Assembly (NCBI GenBank): GCA_003427395.1
Contig: BFEA01000025.1
Location: 709,676-773,675 of the forward strand
DNA: 64,000 bases
Source of the DNA: Chara braunii
Lineage: Eukaryota; Plantae; Charophyceae
Direction: 5' to 3'
Part shown: positions 1 through 11,265 of the stretch, one piece after another
How the letters are laid out: each line of letters begins with the position of its first letter
Position numbering within the stretch: the stretch's first letter is position 1
Made by a program: the position numbers and the translations under genes
Notes under the pieces: model-generated
Databases searched by the model: none
What the model saw: only the letters and a program-made list of their open reading frames with translations
What the model was told of the DNA's origin: nothing

Positions 1-384
1 CCCCCCCCCCCCGCGAACCCACCAAACCCTTCAGCCTCAACAGGTCTCTCGGAGGTAACTCCCGTGCAAATGTAGTAAGCAAAAAGAAAAAGCAGAAAAG
101 AAAGAGTTTTTTTCCAAGGCTTTCTGACCTCCAGCAGCAATGCATCGACTGAGTCAACAGGAGGACACAGGTGAGCCAAATCTCCCTTGACCCCGTCCCC
201 GCCCCCACAAATCCCCCTTTTGACGTTTGTGCTTTTTGCACTCCATTTGTTGGAGCCAAATCTCTCGTGAAGTAGTTGCTTTTGCTCAATTGAGCTCAGA
301 TCTTGATGGTGCCGCGCAAAATTTATTAAACCGTGGAACGAGAGTTCTCACAAGAGGACATGATTTTTTTTTTTTTTTTTTTGT

Positions 385-439
385 AACTGATCAGAACAGA
401 TACTACACTTGATCTCAGCCAAATGGCCGAGAAAGGTAT
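385..439 (-). pseudogene. U2: U2 snRNA 5' fragment (nt ~1-55) followed by poly(A)
   Basis: Minus strand reads ATACCTTTCTCGGCCATTTGGCTGAGATCAAGTGTAGTATCTGTTCTGATCAGTT, matching the plant-type U2 5' end including the branch-point recognition GTAGTA. A run of about 19 A follows (plus-strand T run 364-382). Confidence 0.9.
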
Positions 440-607
440 TCTGTGATTGGCTGAGGCAATTAATACCGCCTAGCACTTGGACAATATCGTGGAGCGGTTG
501 CTTTTGCTCAAGTGAGCTCAGATCTTGATGGTGCCGCGCAAAATTTATTAAACCGTGGAACGAGAGTTGTCACAAGAGGACATTATTTTTTATTATTATT
601 ATTTTTT

Positions 608-662
608 AACTGATCAGAACAGATACTACACTTGATCTCAGCCAAATGGCCGAGAAAGGTAT
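608..662 (-). pseudogene. U2: U2 snRNA 5' fragment (nt ~1-55), second tandem copy with degenerate A-rich tail
   Basis: Same 55-nt sequence as 385-439, followed on the minus strand by an A/AAT-rich tail. Confidence 0.9.
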
Positions 663-965
663 TGTGTGATTGGCTGAGGCAATTAATACCGCCTAGCACT
701 TGCACAATATCGTGGAGTAGTTGCTTTTGCTCAATTGAGCTCAGATCTTGATGGTGCCGCGCAAAGTTTATTACACGAGAGTTCTCACAATTCTGTCGTG
801 TCGTGTCGTGCTTTGTCTGCCTTGTTATGTCCTTGTGTTTCCAGTAATGGGTGGGCGCATGGCGAGTGGAATGCCCTGTGGGACGCAACATGTGGCATTG
901 TAAAGACAACTATTTGTTAGACCGGAGCCCCGTCTCTGAGGGTGATTAGTTGATGCGTTGATGCG

Positions 966-3158
966 TTGAGCAGTCCAAATAGCAAGCTGAACAAGATGGC
1001 CTTACAACCGAGGGTTCTGCTGGAGAGATCCGTATCCAACGGTCTTGCGGGCGACGATGGGCTCAACTCAACTTCTCGATGTGAAGGACAGAACGGATGG
1101 CAAAGTCAACAAGGTTTGGTTTGCGGTAGTATGGAATGCCCATCTCCATTCGTAGTCCAGGGGGCGGACTTCGGCACTCGAAGAGATGATGCCAGACTGC
1201 TCATCAACAACCTGGATTGCTTCTGGCGAAGCCCCGTAAGTACTGCCTATTCGGTCAGGCCGGATAGTTTAGGGACGAACGAGGATAAGGAAGAGTGGAT
1301 AATTGCTCCGTGTCTGCTGGTTGAGAAGGCAGGCCCTGCGACATCGCGAATGAGGAGTAAAGGTGTTTGTGTTCCTCCGAAGAGGCTCCTGCTGTTCAAT
1401 GCGAAGGGTCCGATCGACGGAGTTTTTGCACAAAACTGGCGACCGGAAACCCCTATGACTCACCATGGAGTTTTCGGTGGGACCCATGAAACGCGGTCGC
1501 AGTTCTTTGCAGAAAGTCCTTTGCTGAGTGGGATGGGTGATTCTTTGAGGAGCCTGAAGGAGGATGCAGATGATGAACCGGGGCCGGAGGTGATCAGCCG
1601 TGCAAAGAAAGGGCCTGAGATCCGCAGCAGGGCACATCGCTATTTTCCAGAAGAGAGCACAAGGAGCGTATTCGCAGAGCCGAGAGAGACTGGTTCCTGT
1701 GCAAGTGCGAGTTCCGTGATTTACTGGGACATGAATGACGAGACGGTAGAGGACAGGGAAGAGGAGGGAGATGAGCTGTCAGTCTCTTCAGCCCGTGACC
1801 TTAGTGGCGATGCGGGAAGCACACGACCAAAGACATCTGATCAGGAGCGAAGGCATCCAAGCAAACGAACAGTTTCTGATGACAGCCATGCTACGTGCTC
1901 GACCAATACCACATCGAAGGGAACACCCGACTCCGACAGCATAATAGGTCATCGTGGAATTGGTGACCAGCGGGGCACGGAGCGGCCTGGACGCAGAGGG
2001 GAAGGGGCTCGTTGGTGCGATAGCCGCCTGACGGAAGACTTCGCGATGTGGCCCGAGCTGACCCAGCAGTTGCAGGAGCTTGCGAAATCCTTGCCAGACG
2101 GCGATTATCCGCCTTGGCGGCAAGCAGAGATGTCAGGAGGTGAGAGGGGTGGTGATGATTCAGCAGGTCACGGGGACGCATCCCAAGTACAGCTGCGGCA
2201 GCACCACGAGGAGGAGGGAATTGAACAGAGTACAGTCTGTCATGAGGAGGGCGCGTTCATCGATGACGAGACTGGATCGTATGCTGCGTGGAAGTCTTCT
2301 GAGCACGCTAGGGGCTTCATGGGAAGAGACTGCAAAGGGAGTTGCTCCCGGGGATTGCCCGATGTCGAAGCTGGTCGCAAGTATTCATGGACCAACAATA
2401 GATTGCCTGTGAGGGTAGCCGACGGGGCGGGCAGCAGCAAGCTCACTCGGGAAGAAGAGAACGTTAGTCAGTCGAGCGAATGGGATGGAGAAGAAGAAGA
2501 GGACATGTGCGTGAGGGGTGTGAATCCGGAGTTGCTGAGGAGGGAACTGGAATGGCTTGTGCAGAAGCAAAGGAGGGAGGAGCACAAGGTGGATGCGTAT
2601 GGGAGTGACGGTAGCGAGTCCGAGCATCATCGCCGAAAGAAATCAGGGATTTGGGATCTCTCGCTAAGCGGGTTCTGGTCCTGTGCGGGCGGCACGAGCT
2701 CTGCAGCGGAGGAATCAAACACCTCGGAGGAGGGGGGAAGCAGACAAGGAACAGGAGAGGAAACAATCTTTTGTGAGAGGACCGGTCCGGCCCCCAGGGA
2801 GGGGGGGCCTTACTGGCTTCTTGGTTCTGGTGAAAATGGGACTGTGATGCAGACAAATAAGAAATTTGAATCGGCAAAGGGAAAGACACCAGAGAAGGAC
2901 CAAGATATCCGATTAGCCGCAAGGATTGAGAACAACAACAAGAGGAACAGTACGCCAGAGAAGGACCAAGATATCCGATTAGCCGCAAGGATTGAGAACA
3001 ACAACAAGAGGAACAGTCTGTGGAGAATCGATAGGACAAAGGGGCACGGAAGGGGGGGGGTGAGAAAGCTCATTGTGGGCCTGATGTCAGCAGCAGCTGC
3101 TGGTGGGGCTATTAATTACTTGTACAGAAAACGTTGGCAGCGCCAAAGGATACATTAG
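966..3158 (+). CDS. Hypothetical S/E/G-rich protein with C-terminal hydrophobic segment and basic tail (possible tail-anchored protein); likely ATG at 996, or a terminal exon
   Basis: Uninterrupted 730-codon ORF in an otherwise decayed region; no recognisable domain; ends LIVGLMSAAAAGGAINYLYRKRWQRQRIH. Confidence 0.55.
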   Translation: MSSPNSKLNKMALQPRVLLERSVSNGLAGDDGLNSTSRCEGQNGWQSQQGLVCGSMECPSPFVVQGADFGTRRDDARLLINNLDCFWRSPVSTAYSVRPDSLGTNEDKEEWIIAPCLLVEKAGPATSRMRSKGVCVPPKRLLLFNAKGPIDGVFAQNWRPETPMTHHGVFGGTHETRSQFFAESPLLSGMGDSLRSLKEDADDEPGPEVISRAKKGPEIRSRAHRYFPEESTRSVFAEPRETGSCASASSVIYWDMNDETVEDREEEGDELSVSSARDLSGDAGSTRPKTSDQERRHPSKRTVSDDSHATCSTNTTSKGTPDSDSIIGHRGIGDQRGTERPGRRGEGARWCDSRLTEDFAMWPELTQQLQELAKSLPDGDYPPWRQAEMSGGERGGDDSAGHGDASQVQLRQHHEEEGIEQSTVCHEEGAFIDDETGSYAAWKSSEHARGFMGRDCKGSCSRGLPDVEAGRKYSWTNNRLPVRVADGAGSSKLTREEENVSQSSEWDGEEEEDMCVRGVNPELLRRELEWLVQKQRREEHKVDAYGSDGSESEHHRRKKSGIWDLSLSGFWSCAGGTSSAAEESNTSEEGGSRQGTGEETIFCERTGPAPREGGPYWLLGSGENGTVMQTNKKFESAKGKTPEKDQDIRLAARIENNNKRNSTPEKDQDIRLAARIENNNKRNSLWRIDRTKGHGRGGVRKLIVGLMSAAAAGGAINYLYRKRWQRQRIH
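2886..3017 (+). repeat. In-frame 66-bp tandem duplication (TPEKDQDIRLAARIENNNKRNS x2)
   Basis: Near-identical copies at 2886-2951 and 2952-3017. Confidence 0.9.
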
Positions 3159-3366
3159 TTTAGCTGCTATCTCACCAGGGATGTCTGAGCAAATGAAAGC
3201 ATGTCAATATTTGTGCATGTATGCTGTGCAGAGGAGCAGGGAGGGGGGGAGAAGTGGATAAGGGTCAAGGGGCATGTCAGAAGCAGAGGAGGAGAAACTA
3301 ACATACGAACACACACAGAAAGACAAATAAGTAGTGAGAGGAAGAGATGATGTGAGGGATGCAGTA

Positions 3367-3367
<1 letters not shown>

Positions 3368-3449
<82 letters not shown>
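3368..3449. repeat. (GA)n microsatellite
   Basis: Direct reading. Confidence 0.95.
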
Positions 3450-3452
<3 letters not shown>

Positions 3453-5380
3453 TGATGTCATCAGCTACTGTTAAGTGACTTTAGATTTGTTGATTGCTGT
3501 AAAAATCGTAGTGAGCGAAAAGGAGGTTGGTAGCGATGATGCAGGTCGAGGGAGGAGACAATGCTTAGTTGTTTATTCCCGGTCTGCGTTAGAGACCTTC
3601 GGGTGACGCAGTTTGATGCGATAGCTCCTCTTCATCGAATGGTTTGACTCGTGCAGCTTGACGGCGCCGTGTGGAAACTCTACTTTGACTCATGCAGTTT
3701 GACTGTGTATTAATGTTATGATGTTGCATACATGCGAAGGGAGTTGTGGGGGCAGGGCGAGGCGTTGGGAGCTGAGTGGTTCTCTGCTTGTGAAGGTGTA
3801 ATGAAGAAAGTAGGGCCTTTGAGACAGTGCTCTGTGAGGTAATGTGCTGAGTTTTTTTTTTCCGATCAGCTGGTTTTGACGCATAATCTCCTTTTCCTTT
3901 CTTTGTAGGTTATTGTGAGCCGAGTCCCCTTGGTGACGAGTATAGGGTCCCTTCGATGGCCATTATAGGGTTAGGGAGGGAAAGAGAAACTCCCCAGTGA
4001 CTGATAGCAAGCTACCTAGTGAAGGGTTCTTTTTACTGAGAGATTGACTTTGGTGTCTGATTAGCATTATGGTCAAACACTTTTCGCTTTGGATGCCTCT
4101 CCTTTCGGATGGTGAAGGATTGCAAGAGGAGGATAGAGAGACTTGAAGAATTTGGGGTGGGTCTTATATCGGAGAACTTGTCTCTCGCCCCAGTCCGCTG
4201 TGATGGGCACTTGAAGAGCGAATGACTATGTATCCGATTGTCTAGGGCACTATTCTCTCTGGTTGCTATGGATGTTAAGGCACTCTCCGGCAGTACATGG
4301 CCTGTTGGCCCCAGCGAAGCTGAGAGTCCGATTGAGCCTTGCCTAACATTTCGGAGGCTCGCACACCGCCAATGAAATAAATGGACGGCGGGCGTCCTCT
4401 GAAAGGGGCCCGTGGCCGATGGACGGATGGGTGGGGTGGGGGGGTTAAGGCCAAGGGTTTCCCCTGCAGCTGCCAGCTGGCAGCCGTTCCTACCGGTGAT
4501 GCATAACAGGAGCTCAGTCGGATCCACAGGGATTGTAGGCGTCACTGGTGCGCTATGTCTGGAAGCCCTTGTGGGTCTGAAGAACTGAGAACGATCTTTC
4601 CAATGTGGAGAGCAAGCAGTTGTTGTGCAGCCCTGCAATGCCAAAGCCCGCTGCTTACATATATTACATGTGCACGAGTGTGGTTGCAGTGGAGTTTGCA
4701 AGTATCAAGCAAGTGCTTACGGCCATACGGCATCAGTGCAATGGATTCGATTCTTTGTCGACGAGACAGGTGATCATGCGCTGGCGCCACTGGGGCCAAT
4801 TCTTTGTCGGTGTGACTGGTATTGATGCCCTGGGGGCAATTTTTTGTCGACGTGACTGGGAAAGATGCGCTGGGGGCCGGTATCAGGCAAAGTGTCCGTG
4901 TCACAGATTATATTCTCCGGAAGTGAACTCCTTGTGGTTGTTTGGTCCAAATTTCCAAAAGGCTTTGACTTCGACTCCTTTGAGCCTTTCCCACCCTTCG
5001 GAGGATTTGTCAGTAACACAATTATTATTATTTGTTTATGCCAGTTTTGTGGCACGACATTTTGTTTTTTCAAAGTTTTTAACTCCAAGCTCAAAGTTCC
5101 GTTTCCGCTGAATTTGGATTCGAGTGAGTCACATGGGTGATAGTTTGACAAACTGCGGCGGGATGAGTATGTCATTCTAAATCTTAAAAAATCATTTAAT
5201 TTTTTTTTTTTTTTTTAAGGCGACGGGTCTATAATCGGCCTCCCCCTGTGTGTGCTTTTTTCACCTCTGAGGACGGCGTTATACTCCACTTGGCCTGTAC
5301 ACTTGTGATCCGCAGGGGAACTTTCTGTTGCTACAATTTTGTTTTGGGAAGGTCGGGGGGAGGGGGGGACGGGGTTGGTG

Positions 5381-5418
5381 CTGTCTCTTATACACATCTA
5401 GATGTGTATAAGAGACAG
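5381..5418. other. Nextera/Tn5 mate-pair junction adapter (library artefact in the assembly)
   Basis: Exact CTGTCTCTTATACACATCT + AGATGTGTATAAGAGACAG, two Tn5 mosaic ends back to back; gives the spurious peptide VSYTHLDVYKRQ. Confidence 0.97.
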
Positions 5419-6910
5419 GCTCGTAACCAAACAGAATGTTACGCCACCGTGCTCATTATACATTGGCCAGAAATAGTACATACGGAGTCAGATGCCCACA
5501 CAATGTGGCAATGTTTTTTTCAGTTTCTGCAGACCTGCATGTGCACCAGACATGAGGTGCAGCCACCTGTGCCGCATTTGCAAGAGTAGCAGCCAACCTG
5601 AGCACAAGTACGGCTTATCAGCTTCTGTTTTCTGCATACAACCCGCCCGCTTCGCATCCACCTATCCCCGATTTCTCCCCCGTTCTGACCGCGGCAATGA
5701 TCAACCTTCTGATCACTTGATGGAGCCCTGGAGCGGAGATGATCTCTTGCCGGAAACGTGCGCTACAGTCAAGGGAGTTAATACGGAGGCTTACGGCCGG
5801 AGGGACCAGATGGAAACAGCCAAGACCACAATGAGACCCCCCCGCCGATCAACATGCAGATGCAAATGTTTTCATAGTGCTACAGCGAGGCCACGGTGCT
5901 TGCTATGGCATTAATGATTTTAATTTTTAATGGTGCATGCTAATCTTCTCTGTGTCGTTCCAATTTTAATGGATGTGACGGATGTCCCGAAGAACGTGTC
6001 GTCAATGTTTTTTCTGTTAACCTGGTCATAGAAAGTATGTGTCTCTACTGCATGGACTATATTCCGGATGCAGTCACCCGCCACATCCTCTCCTATCATT
6101 CCCCGCATGCAGCATTCGCCATACGCCCGCAGCAACTGCAGTGGGATCTCTTTCGTCCTTTGCCAATTCTGAACAATACCGACACAGCAGCCTGAATAGG
6201 AAAATAGACCATATGAACCCCCCCTACAGAGCGCTGTACTAGTGCTAGGTTATCACGACCAGGGCGAGCTATGGCAGACCAAATAAATCGGGCAACAGCT
6301 AAGCGCTCTTGCTGTTGATCAGTTCCCGTTGTTGCTTGTCCATACGCACGGAATAATGACTGCGGATGCTGAGGAAAATTGCTTGATGCCGCTCTGTGAT
6401 GGCACACTCGAGATTCGGCTAGCATGTGATTCACATGCTTTGTGTCCTGAGGATTATGTACACATAATAGCTTATGCAAGTTTTTGTTTTCGTATGCATG
6501 ATGACAGTCAACATGGCACTCGTGTACGTCTCGGCCGCATGATTCACAATTGCATAAGCATGTACGTTTCAGCCCTGACGTATCATGTCCAACTTGTGAA
6601 CGGACTGAAACGGCAATGCTTATGCAATTGCAGTTGGCATGCCTCTGTTCCGAGCATGTAGGAGCCATGTAGCCTGTGACGTTGGTGCACGCGGTGCCAA
6701 TCGATGCCGCAACTGCAGCGGCGAGAATTGGATGCGGTGCGTCCACAGTCCGCACCCGAAACGGTCTGTAGGGGTGACCCACTTACCAGAGGCAATGGCT
6801 GCTTGTGACCAATTACCATAGGCAATGGCTGCTGCTCAACTCAAAATCTCCTGCAAGTTCTGCAACCCAAACACTGGCTGTTCCTGCAGTGAGTATTCAG
6901 AACCCTGCAG

Positions 6911-6913
<3 letters not shown>

Positions 6914-6998
<85 letters not shown>
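6914..6998. repeat. Compound (CT)n(CA)n microsatellite
   Basis: Direct reading. Confidence 0.95.
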
Positions 6999-6999
<1 letters not shown>

Positions 7000-7453
7000 A
7001 GGTTGGTTTGAGTAAAGTCGACCACATTTCTCAGGGGTGTCGCTAACTCTGGGCGATGTGGTGAGACCCAGGAATAGAATGTCTCTCAAAGCCCAATACC
7101 GGTACTCAATGCCCTGTCCCTCTCATATTCGGCAGACTCATGTCCCAATTGTTCTTAACCACGTGTGACACTGTTAAGAATACAAATGAAGTCTGAATAT
7201 AAAACAAAAATGTAAACCAAACATCCCGAGTATCACCCAACTGAGTCCTATCTCTCAAGTCATGACAAGAAAAAATCCCAAATCTTTACTGCACACTCCC
7301 TCCTACTTATGTACAAAAGGATAGGGCACATGTATCTGACTCATACCATCTACATCTCTAACTCGTTTCTTATCTACAAAACATCTTACTCCTAGTGACA
7401 TACAGGCAAACCAGCCCCTATTCACTCATCTCCTCCTGGTTTTGCCTATACAA

Positions 7454-9940
7454 CTAAGCTCTACCCCCATCTGAAGCCCTCTCCACCACTCGACCCTGCC
7501 TATCGTACATCCTGCCATCTCGCTCAGTAACCCGTCCTGCAGCCCTATCCTTGAGGAACTCTAGGGCCCTATGCATGCCATCCAGAAAGTAGAAGCACAT
7601 GGCCTCCGATTTCCTCTGAAACCTCTTCTTCTTTTTCTGGACTCCTGACGACGGGAGTGCCTCTGAGGCAGGTGCCACGATCCCTCAGTCCTTTCCCCAA
7701 GTCCCTGAGCACTCGACCCCCCTCGCTGCTCGCTTCCCTCGGGCCTATACTCTGGGGTATCCAACCTCAGTGGCCTACCCTCGTGGGTCCTTCACTCTCA
7801 CGAGGTTCTATAATCTGGGGAGTAGTTGCCTTTGCAGGCTGACTCGTGGCCTCCTGCTGTTGTCGCTCGGTGGCCAGCCCCCCTGAGTCAGTCCTAGTCG
7901 CCCAGGAGCCCAACTGTCCCTTCAACTCCCTCATTTCTGGCACATGCTCCGGGGTTTCCAACCTCTGAGGCCTCTCCGATGGCATATCTACTTCCATGGC
8001 GGCTACCAACTCGTCCAGGCGCGACGACTCTTTCCCTTGTGCCTCAGGCTGAGGGGGTGTCACTGCTCCAGTAAGGGTCCCTTCCTGTACCTCCAAAAGG
8101 ATCGTAAGTGATTCTTCTGCAGCTTCTTCCTCTGCTGGTGCAGGCTGGGGCTCGTGAGTTGGTACCTCCACATGGGTTTTGGCTGAAGCAGGGGCCTCTC
8201 GCCGCGAGGCTAACTCAGTGGGGGCCATGAACTCAAAACTCCCCTTGTTGGCCTCTTTCCTCTCTTCTACCTCAGCCGGGTCGAGAAACATCTTCCCTAG
8301 TTTCTCTTGCTGAGATGTCTCTCCTGCCTCCCATTGGCCAAACAGTCCCTGCATCCCTTCGCCTTGAATGCGATACCTGCTCTGTTCAGTCCAATCGACC
8401 ACCTTAGTGGCCGAAAGTCTTTCCACTTCAGCTGACATCTCCCTGAGTTTTTTCTCCCATTCAGCTTCTTTTGCTTCCAGGGGAGTCCTCCAGGCCTTGT
8501 TTTCAGCTCTTTCTTCCGCGAGTTGGGCAGTCAGTTGTTCCACCTCTCCCTTTCTGATTACCAGCTCATCACTGAGCAGAGTATATCTCTGAAAGGATGT
8601 GGTGGCTGCTTGTCGTATCCTTCTGTCCACCCGCTCGATGGCCCTTCTGGCGGAAGAAAATCCCAGCTCCCTAATCTCGATCGCTTCATCTGCCCTCCCA
8701 TTTGCTTACTCTGCCTCTTCTGACCTCTGGCGGGCTGCCTCCCTTCGATCCTCATATCTGGCCCACAACTCGTCAATCCTCTGCTCGCTTGTCTTGGAGT
8801 CAGCTGGTGGTGTCGGCGCTATCCCTGCAGCCTCCATCTTGTCGCTCTGCTCATGTATCTCCGCAAGGCGGGCCTGTATCCTGACAGACTTTGCCTCTGC
8901 GGTCTCATTTGGCACCCTCCTCGCCCTTGCTCCGAGGACCTCCCTGACTGGAGTCTGCGCACCCTTCTGAGGCTCGACATGCGGTGACCCAGACGATGGC
9001 CCAGCCGGAATAGGCACCTCTATATCAGGATGCTCAGATGCATGCGCAGCTAAGCATGAATCAATGACCACGCGGGGCTCAGTCCTCCATCCCTCTTTCG
9101 GTTCTCGTGCCTCAACCCTTTGTCGGGGTGACATAGTGGCTTCTGGCAGGGGCGCTGGAATCTCTTGACTATCTGGCTCCGGGACTCCCTCTGGTCAAGA
9201 CTGCCGCACCTGGGCTGGAACTGGGGTGTGAGGGGGAGTATCACCTTCTATCATAATAACCTCCCCAGCGTGCAACTCCTTCGGGCCATGCGGCTCAGCC
9301 TCCGGATCAGGGTGTGCCGGCTCCTCTCTCGATGGATCCGTTGGGCCCACCCCCACTGAAGGGGCCTTCCACTGGGAAGCATCAAGATGGGTCTCCACAC
9401 TCCTGAAAGGTGCCGCTAATAATCCACCCTCCCCCTGCTCTGATGATCGCGGCGAAAGTCCCTGTAGGTCACTACCAGTAACCTGACGGAACTCCACCTG
9501 CCTAAGTCCACAAGCAGGGAAAGACTCTGCCGCCCGAGCAATTCCTGCTCGCCCTCCTCGCTGTGCCAAAGCCTTCCGGCGTCCCCTGGTCGCAATCGGC
9601 TCTCTCCGCTCCAAATCTCTTAGCCTCTTGCTTCGTCGCCTCCTATTGACCTTGGGTTCTGGCCTGCCTGGTTCTGGCCGTCGAAATGCCTCCCTCAACT
9701 GAGCCCGACAATCCTCCCAGTCACATGCTCGATCCCGGATTTGTCTCGCCAGCAGTCGCTCCGCCCCTCTGGTCCAAATGAGTAGAGTCTGCATCCACTC
9801 ATCCCTCTGAACCCCCTGATAACTCATATACCGCTCAAATGCCGGGATGAATTCTTCCGCATTCCCTTCCTCCAGACGAATAGGTAACCCATCACGCCCC
9901 ACAGGCGAAACCCTCAATCTCTGTATCCTTGCCTCCAGTT
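7454..9940 (-). pseudogene. Disrupted gag-like/coiled-coil ORF, probably from an LTR retrotransposon
   Basis: Collinear minus-strand ORF pieces (9195-9917, 8706-9134, 7767-8630, 7454-7678) broken by frameshifts. The N-terminal piece AEEFIPAFERYM...W...DWEDCRAQLREAF resembles retrotransposon gag capsid; no pol seen. Confidence 0.45.
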
Positions 9941-10140
9941 CCTAGTGTCGTAGGATGTGTGTGAGTGAGAAGCGTGGCGCAACAAAATTCAGAGTACCTA
10001 AATTCCTAGCCTAAGTTATAATTGCAAGAAGGAAATTCCGAAGAGCCCAAAAACAATTCCGCGAGCCCGTGGGTGCTTGACGTTAGTTGAAAAAATCAAA
10101 AACTATATTCCCGCGCGATGATCGCGCCAAAAATTCCCAG

Positions 10141-11265
10141 TGGCTAATCGTCTGATCCCTGTGATGGCGGACATTATTCATCCCTCTCAAACAGGATTAA
10201 TCAATGGGAGACATATTCAAGACAACATATTACTCATTAACGAATTAATTAAACTATCAAGACAATCAAAGAATAACGCTGCCTTTATTTTTATCGATTT
10301 TGAGAAAGCTTATGATCATGTGGATTGGAGATTTTTAGATGCTTGCTTAGTTAAAATGAATTTTGGACAAAACTTAAGGAAATGGGTACGTATCCTACAT
10401 ATGAATGCAACCACACGCATTCTTATAAATGGGCTTCTTTCCCCGGAAATCAAACTACAACGGTCGGTCAGACAAGGAGATCCATTAGCACCCTTCTTGT
10501 TCTTAATCATCATGGAAGCACTAGGGGCCAATGTGAGGGCAAATAGAAATATAAAAAAATTGAGTATCTCAGGAATCCTTGAGGAAACCATCCCAATCTC
10601 TTCAATGTTTGCTGATGATCTTACTGTTATCATGGATGAGACACAAGAGAATATGGTTGAAATCCAAGCGCTAATGAACAGGTTCGCACAAGTCTCAGAC
10701 ATGGTTGTCAACTGGGGCAATAAAACCCAGGGCTGGTGGATCCACTCTGCAGGAGAGAGGCCACCGGAACAACCAAGAGTGAAATGGCTACCTTTAGAAG
10801 CACCAGTGCGTCTCTTGGGGATCTCCCTAACTGCAGTCGGGAAACCCACCACTCATAATGAGTGGGTAACTAAACCAGCTATTGACAAGATGAATTTATG
10901 GAAAAATAAGCATACTTCAGTATTTGGGAGAGCTCTTATTATTAACAATGTCATATTGGCTTCTATATGGTATAAAACGGAGTTGTGGTCGTTGAGTAAA
11001 ATAAGCACTAAAGTGTTGCAGAGGCAGATCACAGCCTTTCTGTGGAGGGGTAATNATGATTTGGACAAGGTTATCCCTAGAGTGGCTTGGAGATATTTGT
11101 GCCAACCCAAATCCAAAGGGGGCCTAGGGATTCTAGACCCTACCCTTCAGTCGCAGGCTTTAGCTTTATAATCGATAAAAAACTTAATCTTGTCTACTGA
11201 TTTACCGTGGCAACCAATGGCCTTAGAACAAATTAGAAGATTAGCAACCCAGGCAAGTGAAGATA
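10141..11265 (+). mobile_element. Truncated L1/Tx1-like LINE reverse-transcriptase fragment (third family)
   Basis: Motifs IIHPSQTG, DFEKAYDHV, RQGDPLAPFLF, MFADDL and PKSKGGLGI; no endonuclease or termini. Confidence 0.9.

Larger units (their letters stand above)
266..790. repeat. Tandem repeat, ~222-bp unit, ~2.3 copies; each full unit carries a U2 snRNA 5' fragment
   Basis: TTGCTTTTGCTCAA(T/G)TGAGCTCAGATCTTGATGGTGCCGCGCAAA recurs at 276, 498 and 721. Confidence 0.9.

Noticed and set aside
385-662. Functional U2 snRNA genes
   Set aside because: Only nt 1-55 are present, followed by A-tails; no Sm site or 3' stems.
5248-5589. ORF containing VSYTHLDVYKRQ, or a native Tn5-like transposon
   Set aside because: It is the translation of the Nextera junction adapter; no transposase or TSD.
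5900-6800. Degenerate zinc-finger or transposase coding sequence (CLYC...HILSYH)
   Set aside because: Many stops and no further diagnostic motifs; cannot be assigned by eye.
7038-7172. Short LTR bounded by TGTC...GACA
   Set aside because: No second copy, purine tract or TSD found to support it.
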